A stretch of 64,000 bases of DNA from contig JARDVH010000157.1 in NCBI GenBank assembly GCA_030324005.1, positions 19,372,903 to 19,436,902 of the forward strand, written 5' to 3'. The notes under the pieces were generated by a model, which searched no databases, was not told the origin of the DNA, and worked only from the letters and a program-made list of their open reading frames with translations. Below, piece by piece: positions 39,501 through 51,500 of this stretch. The stretch comes from Negaprion brevirostris (lineage: Eukaryota). Every line of letters starts with the position of its first letter. Position 1 is the stretch's first letter. Made by a program: the position numbers and the translations under genes.

Positions 39501-42500
39501 CATTTTCCTTTGTGATAGGTATGACTACAACCAGTGTTGAGTTTTCCCCTTGATGTCAAGGACAGTCTCATCTCCCTTCTTGAGTTTCAGCTGTTTTGTC
39601 TATGTTTGGGCCAAGGCTGTGTAGAAGTCGGGAGCCGAGTGGTCCTGTCGGAACCCAAACAGCGTCAGCATGCAGGTTATTTGGTGTGTAAGTGTCACTT
39701 GATTGCACTGTCACTGACACTTTTCATTACTTTGCTGATGATTGAGATGAGGCTGATTGGTTGCATACGGCCAGATTGGGTTTGTCTTTTTTTGTGTGGG
39801 TAAGAAATCGTAAGCAATTTTTCACATTATCAGATCGTACTAGTATTGGAGCTGGACTGGAACAGTATGTCTAGCTACAGTAGTTGTTTAATTGTCTACC
39901 ACCGTTTATGACTGGATGTGCCAGGACTACAGAACTTTTGATCTGACCCATTGGCTGTGGGATTGCTGAACTCTGTCTGTCACATGCTGCTTCCAGTGTT
40001 TTGCAAGTGTGAAGTCATGTTGTAGACGTTGACACGTAAGTTGTTTGTTGGAAGTGGGGTTTTGGTAGTTCCTGAATTTGGACTTACTGAACTACTTATA
40101 TGCTGAACATAAAATGTGAGTGCCAGTGTGCATGGGTGGCTGCCATTTTGAAACATTAAAAAATATAAAACTGATCATTCATATTAAATTAATTGTTAAC
40201 AAATGCCTTTAACCACAATGAAAGCATTTGAAAACCAATAAAATTCATTGGCTTTGGCATCCGATGAAAAGAATTCATGGAATTCCTTGAGACTTTTTGT
40301 CTATGGAGTCATCAGAAGCATCCCCCTTGGATCAAATGTGGTGCTTTCAGTTTCAGGATCATCTGTCCACAACAAATCATCTCACTCCATCCATTGAATT
40401 GGATAGTCCACACTTTTTGAGTGCTCTGATGACAGTTGTGCACTAATATCCCATTAGTTGATGACAAAACCACACAAGACATCAAGCATTTGTATTTCCA
40501 CCCTTTATGAAGGCTTATCCTCTCTCTCACAGGTGGGAGGAGGATTAACAACAGCCTGGATTTCTCTTCTCCGTATCCATCCATAAACAGACAGGTGCTC
40601 CGTTTATATGAAGATGATGTAGTGGCACTATCACCAGACTAGTAACCCAGAGGTCCAGGCTATGCACCGAAGAATGGCTGGTGGAATTTAAATTCAATTA
40701 ATAAAACCTGGAGTTGAAAGCTAGTCGCAGTAATGGTGACCATGAAACTATGGTGACTATCTGGATCACTAATGTCCTTTAGGAAAGGATATCTGCCAGC
40801 CTTACCTGGTTTGGCCTACATGTGACTCCAGAACCACAGCAATGTGGTTGACTCTGACTGCCCTCTGAAATGGCCTAGCAAGTCACTTAGTTCAAGGACA
40901 ATTGGGGATGAGCAACAACCACTGTCTTTCCAGTGATGCCCACATTTCGTGAAAGAATTTTTAAAAACTAGTGGCGTATTTTCCCCAATGATTAATTTTG
41001 GAGTGATCCAATCCCCTATTAATAAACCCACAGCAAATCTGAGATGAGAGTAGGTTTATCTTACACGCGTACGCAAAATGCAAGAAGAGGTTTTGCAACA
41101 TCAGTTCCTTTTGCACTTGGACATTAAAAGAGGGATAAGGAAAAGAAAAACGATACAGGGCAAGACCACGATTAACATCTCCTGAGTCCAGAATCACAAG
41201 TCCAACGGTGTCTCCCTTTAGAGGTTAGCGGGCTGAAACTTGCAGGGTGATCAGTCTTCCCAGAGTGGGTACTTCCATGATGGAAGAAGGCATGCAGAGA
41301 TGAATTTAATTTTGCAAACATTGATACAGGAGTTCTGATGTTTCCAGTAGTATACAGTGTGTAGATGAGTGCCAGGCAATTTACCTGGACAAAACTCTTT
41401 CTCCTGCTATCTCTTGGCTGACTGCCTGATACCAGTTCCATTCAGCAATATCATGTTGAACAACTTGGAGATGGTCATGTGGCATACCTCCCACCAGTTC
41501 ATCTGAGCTTTGGACAAAGGATGTATTTCTTTTAGGTCTGGAATCTCAGGATATTTAATATAGGAGTCGGCATCCCTTTTGTCCTTGCTGGCATACCATC
41601 TCCATGGCCAGAGTTCCTCCTTTGAAATGTAAAAGGTATTGGTGCATTTCTTTGGAATTTGATTTGCTGCTTTCACAAAGGGCATTAGTGCCTCTTTAAA
41701 GGCAAATAGGTCCCTGCTAGTTTCTGAAGGCAAGAAGTTTTGCAGTTTGAGTCAGGCTAGTCAGGCAGGTCAGTTTGTCCATTTTAAATATAAGATTTTG
41801 TAAAGTAGTCAGTCTGACACATTCTTTCCTTCCTGTCTTTTGGACGGGGCATCTCCATCAACCACCCATATATTCCTTTGGGCTTGAACACGAATGACTT
41901 GTTGAGGCACGCTTTCAAAGATTAAACTATTGATTTTAGAACCCCTAGTTTACTTGCAATTTTGGTGCTAACTCTCAGACAAATCTTGTTCTCCTTGTTT
42001 ATAGAACATAGAACACTACAGCACAAACAGGCCCTTCGGCCCACGAGTTGCGCCGATCACATCAACACCTACCANNNNNNNNNNNNNNNNNNNNNNNNNN
42101 NNNNNNNNNNNNNNNNNNNNNNNNNNNNNNNNNNNNNNNNNNNNNNNNNNNNNNNNNNNNNNNNNNNNNNNNNNNNNNNNNNNNNNNNNNNNNNNNNNNN
42201 NNNNNNNNNNNNNNNNNNNNNNNNNNNNNNCTCTCCTAATTTCCCTTTTAAGTTCCTTCCTACAGTCCTTATACTCCTCAAGATCTTTAACCTCTCCTAA
42301 TTCCCTGTGGCATAATGGGTACTTGTGTCATTATTGCTGATGAGATGAGGAGCTGGAATCTGATCATCTTAGCATCACAATGTTGCATTGTCTCTAAGCG
42401 ATCTTGGTCTGACAGCACCAGAGTGTCGTGACCTCTTGCGAGCTACTCCCAGTATAACCCTCTAATTTCATCTTTGACACCCCTTCTGCACTTGTAAAAC

Positions 42501-45500
42501 TGAACTCTAACTCTTCTAAACTGTCCTGCAACATTATGTATAGATACATATATAGATATATATAGATAGAGAGATATACATATCTCTCTCTATATCCTTT
42601 CCTTCTCCCCGACGTACCTTATGAACAGTATGTTTTGCCTGTATAGCATGCAAGGAACAATATCTTTCACTGTATCCCAATACACGAGATGGTAGTAACT
42701 TGAATCAAATTTTGATTCCACAAAGCAACTACACGATTAGCTTTTGTGCTGAAATCTCTGCCAGATCAAGGTTTACTTTGATCTGCTTAAGAGGGTATAT
42801 CCATGTTGCATTTCTAGTGATGATGAAACCTTTCTGACAATTTTCGAGGGCCAATTTCAGTACATGCTTCTCATAATCAGGCTAGTGCCTGGTCTCTTTT
42901 CTCATAAGAAACAGGAGCAGAATTAGGCCATTTGGCCCATTGGATCTGCCCTACCATTCAATCATTGCTGATAATTTTCTCATCCCCATTCTCCTGCCTT
43001 TTTCCCCATAACCTCTTTATTAATCAAGAACCTATCTATCTCTGCCTTAAAGACACTCAGTGACCTTGCCTCCATAGCCTTCTGCGGCAAAGAGTTCCAC
43101 AGATTCATCAATTGCTGGCTGAAGAAATTCCTCTTCTGTTTTAAAGGATCGTCCCTTTAGCCTGAAGTTGTGTCTTCTGGTTCTAATTTTTCCTACTAAT
43201 AGAAACATCCTCTCCACGTCCACTCTATCCAGGGCCTCACAATATCCTGTAAGTTTCAATAAGATCCCTCCTCATGGTGCATTTGGTCATGCAAGTCTTC
43301 AGGGCGGGTTCCTCCTCCTCCTCCTGTCCTTGCAGTTTTTTTTCTTTCACACCAAATTTTCTCACTGCCGCACAATCACTCGATGAGTTATCAAATGTTG
43401 CAACTTTTAGTTTCATACTACTTGTGTTTTGTCGGAAGACTCATTTTTGTTTGTTGCTTGCAATGTGGGATCTGGTTTGAGTGGGTGTGCCTTGAAACCC
43501 CACTCACCTTTGCAACCCATTCTGTATTGCCTGCTGGATCCCTTGCATCCAGTCATAAGGTAAAACTTGTATTTGAGGGACCAAAAGTTAAGGCTGACCA
43601 CCAGTGTAAGTTTATCATGTTGTGGCTGAAAATATGCTGAGTATATGCAAAAAATGGATTTTTTTTTAGGGTTGGGGGAAAATGGGATCATCTTTTACCC
43701 CACAATTTATGGTAATTGTTTCATTGCCCAGCACCATTTACGAGTGGATGTGACAGGACTGCAGAGTTTTTACCTGATCCGTGTTTGTAAAATTGCTTGA
43801 CTCTGTTGCATGCTGTTCCCCTGTCTGGCAAATCTAAAGTCATCTACTTTAAACCCACGGTAGACAAATCAGAGTATTTTGTAAATGGCAAGAAAGATTT
43901 AGAATCTAAGTACAGAATTACTAAATATTAGTGGGCAGATAGGAAAAAAATAACTCAGCAAGTTTAAATGGTATGTTGGACTTTGCCTGCAATACAATGA
44001 GGTGAAAGCTGTGCTTAGCTGTGCAGCATCTGGTTAGACCCCCTTGGTGAAGCCCAAGGGCTTCAGGATTGGGTTGCCACAGATGTTGCAGGGACTCGTC
44101 AGAGAGTGAAGTCCAGGACTGGGACATGTGTGGAGTCAGCAGCAACGGGAAAGAGGGGAATTGTGTGGAGAGTCAGATCAAGAGCTGGTTGGTGGGAATA
44201 GGGGGGCATTGGAATGGGGGTACTGAGGAGGTTGAGAACAGGGGACATGAAGTAGATGTGATGTCAGGTATGCCATGGAAACCCACTACCTCATGGTGGT
44301 GATTTGATTCATTGTCCATACCTATATTTTTTGATTTGTTGTGATTAGGAGCTCTGGCAAATCACAGCAAGAGCTGTTGCTGGACCTGATGTGGTCAATT
44401 TGGCCGGAGCTTCCAGCTTATGGACGCAAAGCTGCACAATTTGTTGATCTGCTGGGATATTTCTCGCTCAAGACTCCACAGACTGAAAAAAAGGTAAGAA
44501 AATGTCAATAAACTGTGGCTGACTGACGACTGTTATATGATAATTGTTGTAGAGATTTTGGTTGCTTTGCAAGTTCCTGTTGGTGCTGAATACAACTTGT
44601 TGCCTTTGTTCTCATCCTAGCTGAAAGAATATTCACACAAAGCAGTCGAGATTCTTCGTACTCAGAACCATATTCTCACCAACCACCCCAACTCCAACAT
44701 TTATAAGTGAGTAATATATTTGTTTAAACGTCTGTCCTTTGACATAAGTGAGCATATGTCTATCTCTAGAACTGTTGAAGAGGTGCTGCAGTGTACTTTT
44801 ATGCTGCTTAAATAATTCATAATGTTCCTATTTTTTCTGCTTTTGTTTTGTTCCAGCATGCTGTCTGGTCTAGTCGAGTTTGATGGCTATTACCTAGAAA
44901 GTGATCCATGTCTTGTCTGTAATAACCCCGAGGTACCATTCACTGTAAGTATAGAAGTACACCTGGCTCAGTATGTGCCTGACATTGCAATAAGCTCTAC
45001 TGTTAAGTTTTATCCTTTCCTCTGGAAAGTTGTTCCTTGAGGATGTAAAGACTTGTGGTTCTCTGTCATTGTTAGCAGTTTCTTCCACGAGTAATATTGT
45101 TTAGTCATACAAAGAACAACCCAGCACGGGAAACAGGCCCTTCGGCCCAACGAGCCCGCGCCGCCATTTCAACAAAGCATTTTCNNNNNNNNNNNNNNNN
45201 NNNNNNNNNNNNNNNNNNNNNNNNNNNNNNNNNNNNNNNNNNNNNNNNNNNNNNNNNNNNNNNNNNNNNNNNNNNNNNNNNNNNACTTTGTCAAACGCCT
45301 TACTGAAATCCATATAGATGACATCAACGGCTCGTCCATCGTCAACCATTTTTGTCACCTCATCAAAAAATTCTACCAGATTCGTAAGGCAATCTGCTCA
45401 GTTACTTCTCAGGTGGTTTTGAAAGAAACCAATTGTATAGCTTTCTGTTGATATGGTCTGTACCAGTTAAATCAGCATGTTAACAATACCATTTCACAGA

Positions 45501-48500
45501 AACCCCCCACTTCCTGATGATTGAGTGATGTCCCTTTTGGGTAAAGCGGCTTCCCAGAATAATGTTTTCATCAGAGAGGTCAATAGTTGAAACTGGCCGA
45601 AGGAATGAATCTCACACTGAACTGTTAGTTGCCTCGGTACATTTGGTTTTCTTTTCTTGTGTACTTTGTCCACGTGAATTAAAGCTACCAAAATTTTATC
45701 TCTTCTTCAGAATATTAAACTTTCATCAATCAAGGTAGACACACGCTACACGACCACGCAGCAAGTGGTGAAACTGATTGGCAGTCACACCATCAGCAAA
45801 GTGACTGTGAAGATTGGAGATCTAAAACGCACTAAGATGGTTCGCACCATCAACCTGTACTACAACAACAGAACCGTGCAAGCTATTGTAGAACTAAAAA
45901 ATAAGTGAGTATCTGGCAATGACATTAATGTCCTTATAAATGATGATCGATGAATATTTAGTCTTAACCTTTCCATAAGCAGTCTGTGCAGTTTGCATAT
46001 TGATTCTGACTGAATTATTGTGTGCTCGGGCTATATTAATGAATATCACCTTGCCACCCTATACTTTGAGATGAAAGTTTTTTACATGATTGTCAGCTTT
46101 GATTTGGTGGTAGCGCTCTCATCCCTGAGTTTGGGGGTTGCGGGCCCCATTCCTCAAACTTGAGCGCACAATCTGGGCTGACGCTCTAGTACAGTACTGA
46201 GGGAACATGGGCTATTAGAAATGCTTTCTCTCCGATGAGACGTGAAACCATCTGNNNNNNNNNNTGCGCTCTCGTGGACATACAGGATCCCATTACACTA
46301 TTCAAAAAAGATCATGGGAGTTTTCCTGTTGTCCTGGCCAATGTTTATCCCTTAGCCCACATCACTAAGTCAAATGCCTGGCTGTTTATTTCGTTGTTGT
46401 TTGTGGGTTTTGTCATGCATACATTGGATACATCATTTCCCCAGCAGTGACGACACTTCATAATTGGCTGTGAAGTGCTTTGAGACATTGAGTCTCAAAA
46501 AGGCTGTCATAATTACAAATTCTTTCTTGATTGGGAAACACAGCCAGAAGGTAGTATTTGCCTTTTCTGCTTGATCATTTCAGGTGATTTTAATAGCAAC
46601 AGGATAATGGGATACTTTAAATTTTACAGTTTATAATGTGACTGAAGTTGAACATTGTGATTTTTGCCTCACCAACTAAGTGACCATCTCTCCTTAGGCC
46701 TGCTCGTTGGCACAAAGCTAAAAAAGTCCAATTAACACCAGGTCAGACTGAAGTGAAGATCGACCTCCCGCTCCCCATTGTAGCATCTAACCTCATGATT
46801 GAGTTTGCTGACTTTTATGAGAATTACCAGGCATCAACAGAAACCTTGCAATGTCCACGCTGCAGTGCATCTGTTCCTGCCAATCCAGGCGTTTGTGGTA
46901 ACTGCGGGGAGAACGTGTATCAGTGTCACAAATGCAGGTGAGTGGGGATTGTGGACAGTTGATGCTATGATAAAATGAGACTAAACAGCAACAGAACAAA
47001 ACTACACTTTATTGTAGAGTTTAGAGATTTCTCTCAGATAGTGCTCTGACTATATGACATTTGGATGGTATTAATGTATTTTACTGGCAATCACTGCTCT
47101 ACGATTTGTAACAAATCTCCCTTCGTGGTCCTTCTAAATTGGGGCAACATGATGGCACAGTGGTTAATACTGCTGCCTCTCAGTGCCAGGGACCTGGGTT
47201 CGATTCCCAGCTTGGGTCACTGTCTGTGTGGAGTCTACATGTTCTCCCTCTGACTACGTGGGTTTCCTCCAGCTGCTCCAGTTTCCTCCCCCAGTCCAAA
47301 AGACGTGTTGGTAAGGTGATTGGCCATGCTAAATGTGCCTTAGTGTCAGGGAGATTAGCAGGATGAATACGTGGGGTTACAGGGATAGGGTGTGGGTGGG
47401 ATTATTACCAGTGCACGTTTGATGGGCGGAACAGCCTCCTTCTGCAATGTAGGTGTTCTAGGATTCTATGAAATTATGTAACTCACAATCCAGTAGTTAA
47501 GTTTCTTCAATATTGTTGGGGCATACTCCTCCAGGCAAGTGTATCACACTGGGTTAGGAGCGAATTGCTAACCTCAGAATCCTAATCTCTGATCTGCTTT
47601 TTAGTCACAGTGATTATGTAGCTAACCCAGTTCAGATTTTGGTCTGCAGTAACCCCAAGGACACTGTCTTTGTTTGCGTTGAGTTGACTTGATTTGACTC
47701 CGAAGTTTGTTGAAAAACTGAATTCTGACTCGAGAGTGATCTTGCTTTCATTTGCTGTTGAGTCTTTTGACTTGCAAGGCAAACATCTTGAGCAAATTCT
47801 GTTCATTGTGAGTAATTCGGCTTTGTCTTTACAGGTCTATTAACTATGATGAAAAAGATCCATTTCTGTGTAATGCCTGTGGATTCTGCAAATACGCCCG
47901 GTTTGATTTCATGCTGCATGCCAAGCCATGCTGTGCAGTGGATCCGATTGAAAATGAAGAGGACAGAAAGAAGGTGAAGTTGCCTGGGGAAATATTCTCA
48001 TTCAGTTTCTGACTTTTCCAGTAACTAATGCCCTTTCGCTTTGATGTACAAAATTTTGGGAATGTCTGGTTAAGAACTCAGTGGACTCCAGCCCTTCTGA
48101 TACATTTTGTCTTTCTGTTGTTTAAATCGCTGTGCTGTCATTTTTTCTAACATTGTGTTTTGGTTTTTGTCCTGCAGGCAGTCACAAACATAAACACTTT
48201 GTTGGATAAAGCTGATCGTGTTTATCATCAGCTGATGGGACACAGGCCACAGCTTGAAACTTTGTTGGTGAAAGTCAGTGAAGCAGCTCCTGAGAAACCA
48301 CAGGTAAAGGGTGTGTTGCTCTGGTTGGGTGACAGTTAGCACAACAACTTGCCCATTTACATCCCTTTAGTCATGAATGGAATCTCAGCCACACGTCACA
48401 GAAATATTCAGAGAAGCAGACACAACAAAGTGGCAACTAAAAACTGCGCTGAATAGATGTGATTAAAGATTACTTTTAAAGGTAGAGAGGAATGGATGGA

Positions 48501-51500
48501 CAAAGGGATCAAGGGAGTTCCAATGTCAGAAATATTTCCCTAGAATAAGAATGTGAAATAAGCTATGCCTGGGATGTCTAGCAATTATTGTGTCTATTCC
48601 GTGATTAAGTGATGAAGATTAATTTACCCCATTCAGTTCTTTACATTTGACAGCTACGATTTTGAGTTAATTTACATTCACTGTTTGACATATGCCTGGG
48701 ATTCTGATTCTTCAGAATTATATTTTCAAGTCTGTTGTGTTCAGTTTCTGATTCCATTTCACAGCATGACCAGCACAAGTGGAGGCTATTTAGCCCAAAG
48801 CCACAATGCCAACTCTCCAAAAGCTTTCTGTCTAATTAATCTGAATCCACTGCTCTTTCCCCATACTCTGCAAATGACTTGTTTGTATCCAGTTCCCTTT
48901 GGACGGTCCATATAGAATCTTCCAGTGTATTCCAGATCTCGCCAACTCATTGTGTAACAGAAGATTCTGCTTAGTTGCATTTGGAGCTTTTTGCCTATCT
49001 GTGTGCTCTGGTTATCAACATCCTGCCAGGAGAAACAGTTTCTCCCCCATCTACTTTTAACAAATTCCAATGCTGTATTAAACACTTGAACTTTCTTTGC
49101 TTTAAGAACATTCCCAGACTCTCCATGTGTAACTTAAGTCCCTCAATCCTGGTACCACTTGAGTAAATCCCCACTGCACACTACCCTTGATATCTTCCTA
49201 AAGTGTGCTCAGAATTGGCCACAGTACTTCACTGGGACCAAACTAATGACTTTTAATGGTTCAATATAACTCCTTTGTACTTATATTCTGTTTATAAATC
49301 CATGCATCCTATCTTTCTTTTTATTAGCTGTGGGAATGGGTTGCATTTTGAAGAACAAAAAATTATCCTAAGTCATTGTTCTCTCCTATTTCTCAGGATG
49401 ATACCAGTGGTGTTGCTGGAATCAGTTCTACAGCAGCAAGTGTGAATCGCTACATCCAGCAGCTGGCTCAGGAATATTGTGGAGATTGTAAGACATCCTT
49501 CGATGAGTTGTCCAAAATCATTCAGGTAGAAAAATCTGAAGAAATATAAAGTTTGTCCAACATGTGTAAGACTTAACAAGCATAACATAACTGGAAGCTG
49601 TGGACAGGATGAACATAGTTAATTTGTTTTGTTACTGTGTTGGTTGAATGTCTGGGTGTAAAAATGTGCATAATTTTTGAACTCCCATTTAAATAAAGGA
49701 TTAATTGGGTTGTGTGACTCTAATAGAACAGTTCGAACATTTTACTTATTTTGCAGAAAGTCTTGGCTTCACGGAAGGAACTGCTGGAATATGATCTTCA
49801 TCAACGAGAAGCTGCAACNNNNNNNNNNNNNNNNNNNNNNNNNNNNNNNNNNNNNNNNNNNNNNNNNNNNNNNNNNNNNNNNNNNNNNNNNNNNNNNNNN
49901 NNNNNNNNNNNNNNNNNNNNNNNNNNNNNNNNNNNNNNNNNNNNNNNNNNNNNNNNNNNNNNNNNNNNNNNNNNNNNNNNNNNNNNNNNNNNNNNNNNNN
50001 NNNNNNNNNNNNNNNTCCGAGAGCTGTTCGATTATATCCTGCGGCGTGGTACTGCCTCAATGAGAGAGGAAGTCAGACAACTGATGTGCTTGCTGACTAG
50101 GTATGTAGGGGGGAGGGTCAGCTCTTTGACTAATATTAAAGGGCAGTGTTTCTGCAATCAATACATGAAATCAATAGTCAGTGTTTTCTGTGTCTGGGTT
50201 GTATCTGTTAGAATATTTAACAATCTTTTCTGGAACTATAGTTTCAGAAGGTAGACAAGTGCAGTGCTGCATCCAGACCAAATATGCATCTAAAATAGGT
50301 TGACTTTCCTTTTTCTCTTCCCTTTCTGTGTCTCTTTCTCCGTTACTCTTCCTATCAGATGTGTTTGATTATGCTGCAGACTGAACCCTGCTCTTAGTAG
50401 CCTACAGCACAGGGTTGATGTCAAATCAGAAGACTGGAGTNNNNNNNNNNAAGAGTCATTGTGAGGGTTAAGACTTTCAGTAGCAACATTCTTTATGTTA
50501 TTGTTTCCCCTCATCAGTCGTACGCAGAATATCTAATTTCAAAAAATGTTTGGAGAATGCTGCAAACACCACCTTGAAACAGGAATGTCCAAATCTGTGC
50601 CCTGTCCCTGCCACCTACGTAAAGTACTGTATATCAATGTACGAAGACAGCAGGATTGCCTAATGCAAGGCTGGAGACAGACAGGAGGCAACTGCATCCA
50701 TTGCTGTGCTTTGCATCTTGTCGCCTCTATGTAAGGCATCAAAATGTTGCTACCAGCTTCGTTTTAATGAGGTGAATCGAGGATGAACATCAGAGTTTTC
50801 TTTAAAAATGATCTGAAAGATAATCATGGCCAGCCTCCAAAGTAATGTAAACCCTGGAATTTAAAGGTGTATTACTTAAAACAAAGAGCCTGACTCGGTG
50901 CTGCCCTGCCCCTCTTGCATTTCCATCAGTGATATTTTATGTGCTGTCCACCTCTAGCCTGAAGGGGATGAAGAACCTGCTGCTGTAAATTTAATGGATT
51001 TTGCTCAGCCTTGCTCCACCTCCATTCCGAGCATATCCCCAGAGAAAGCATAGGTATATTCAACAACAGCCTTCAGTAGTCTAAGATCTCAGCCAGAAGA
51101 AGTTGACTTTTAAATCCAAGTTTTTCATTTTTGAAGTTAGTTGAGTTAAAAGGCTCAGGAACAGCTCCAGATTGAGAGTCTGTGAAATCATTGGAACTTT
51201 CTTTTAAAACATTTTATCATTTCAGTTTGATTAGTTACTGGACCTGAACAGTGTATCAGAGAGAAATCCTGTCATTATTGAACTTAATATGGAAATTGTC
51301 TGTATTCTCACTGGAGAACATTGCTTTGTAGCTTACCTGATTTAAATGTAAGTACAACAGAAAGTGGACAAAGCAGGATCAACTAGGAATGTTGTCAGAC
51401 TAACATTTCACCTGGTAGCGTTTTCTACATTGGTTAACATTTAAATGGAAGCTTCAAAAGAACAAATTTTAACATAGTAAAGGATGCGGAATGCTTCACG

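Noticed and set aside
42538-42598. AT/AG hairpin
   Set aside because: Low-complexity microsatellite inside a LINE tail.
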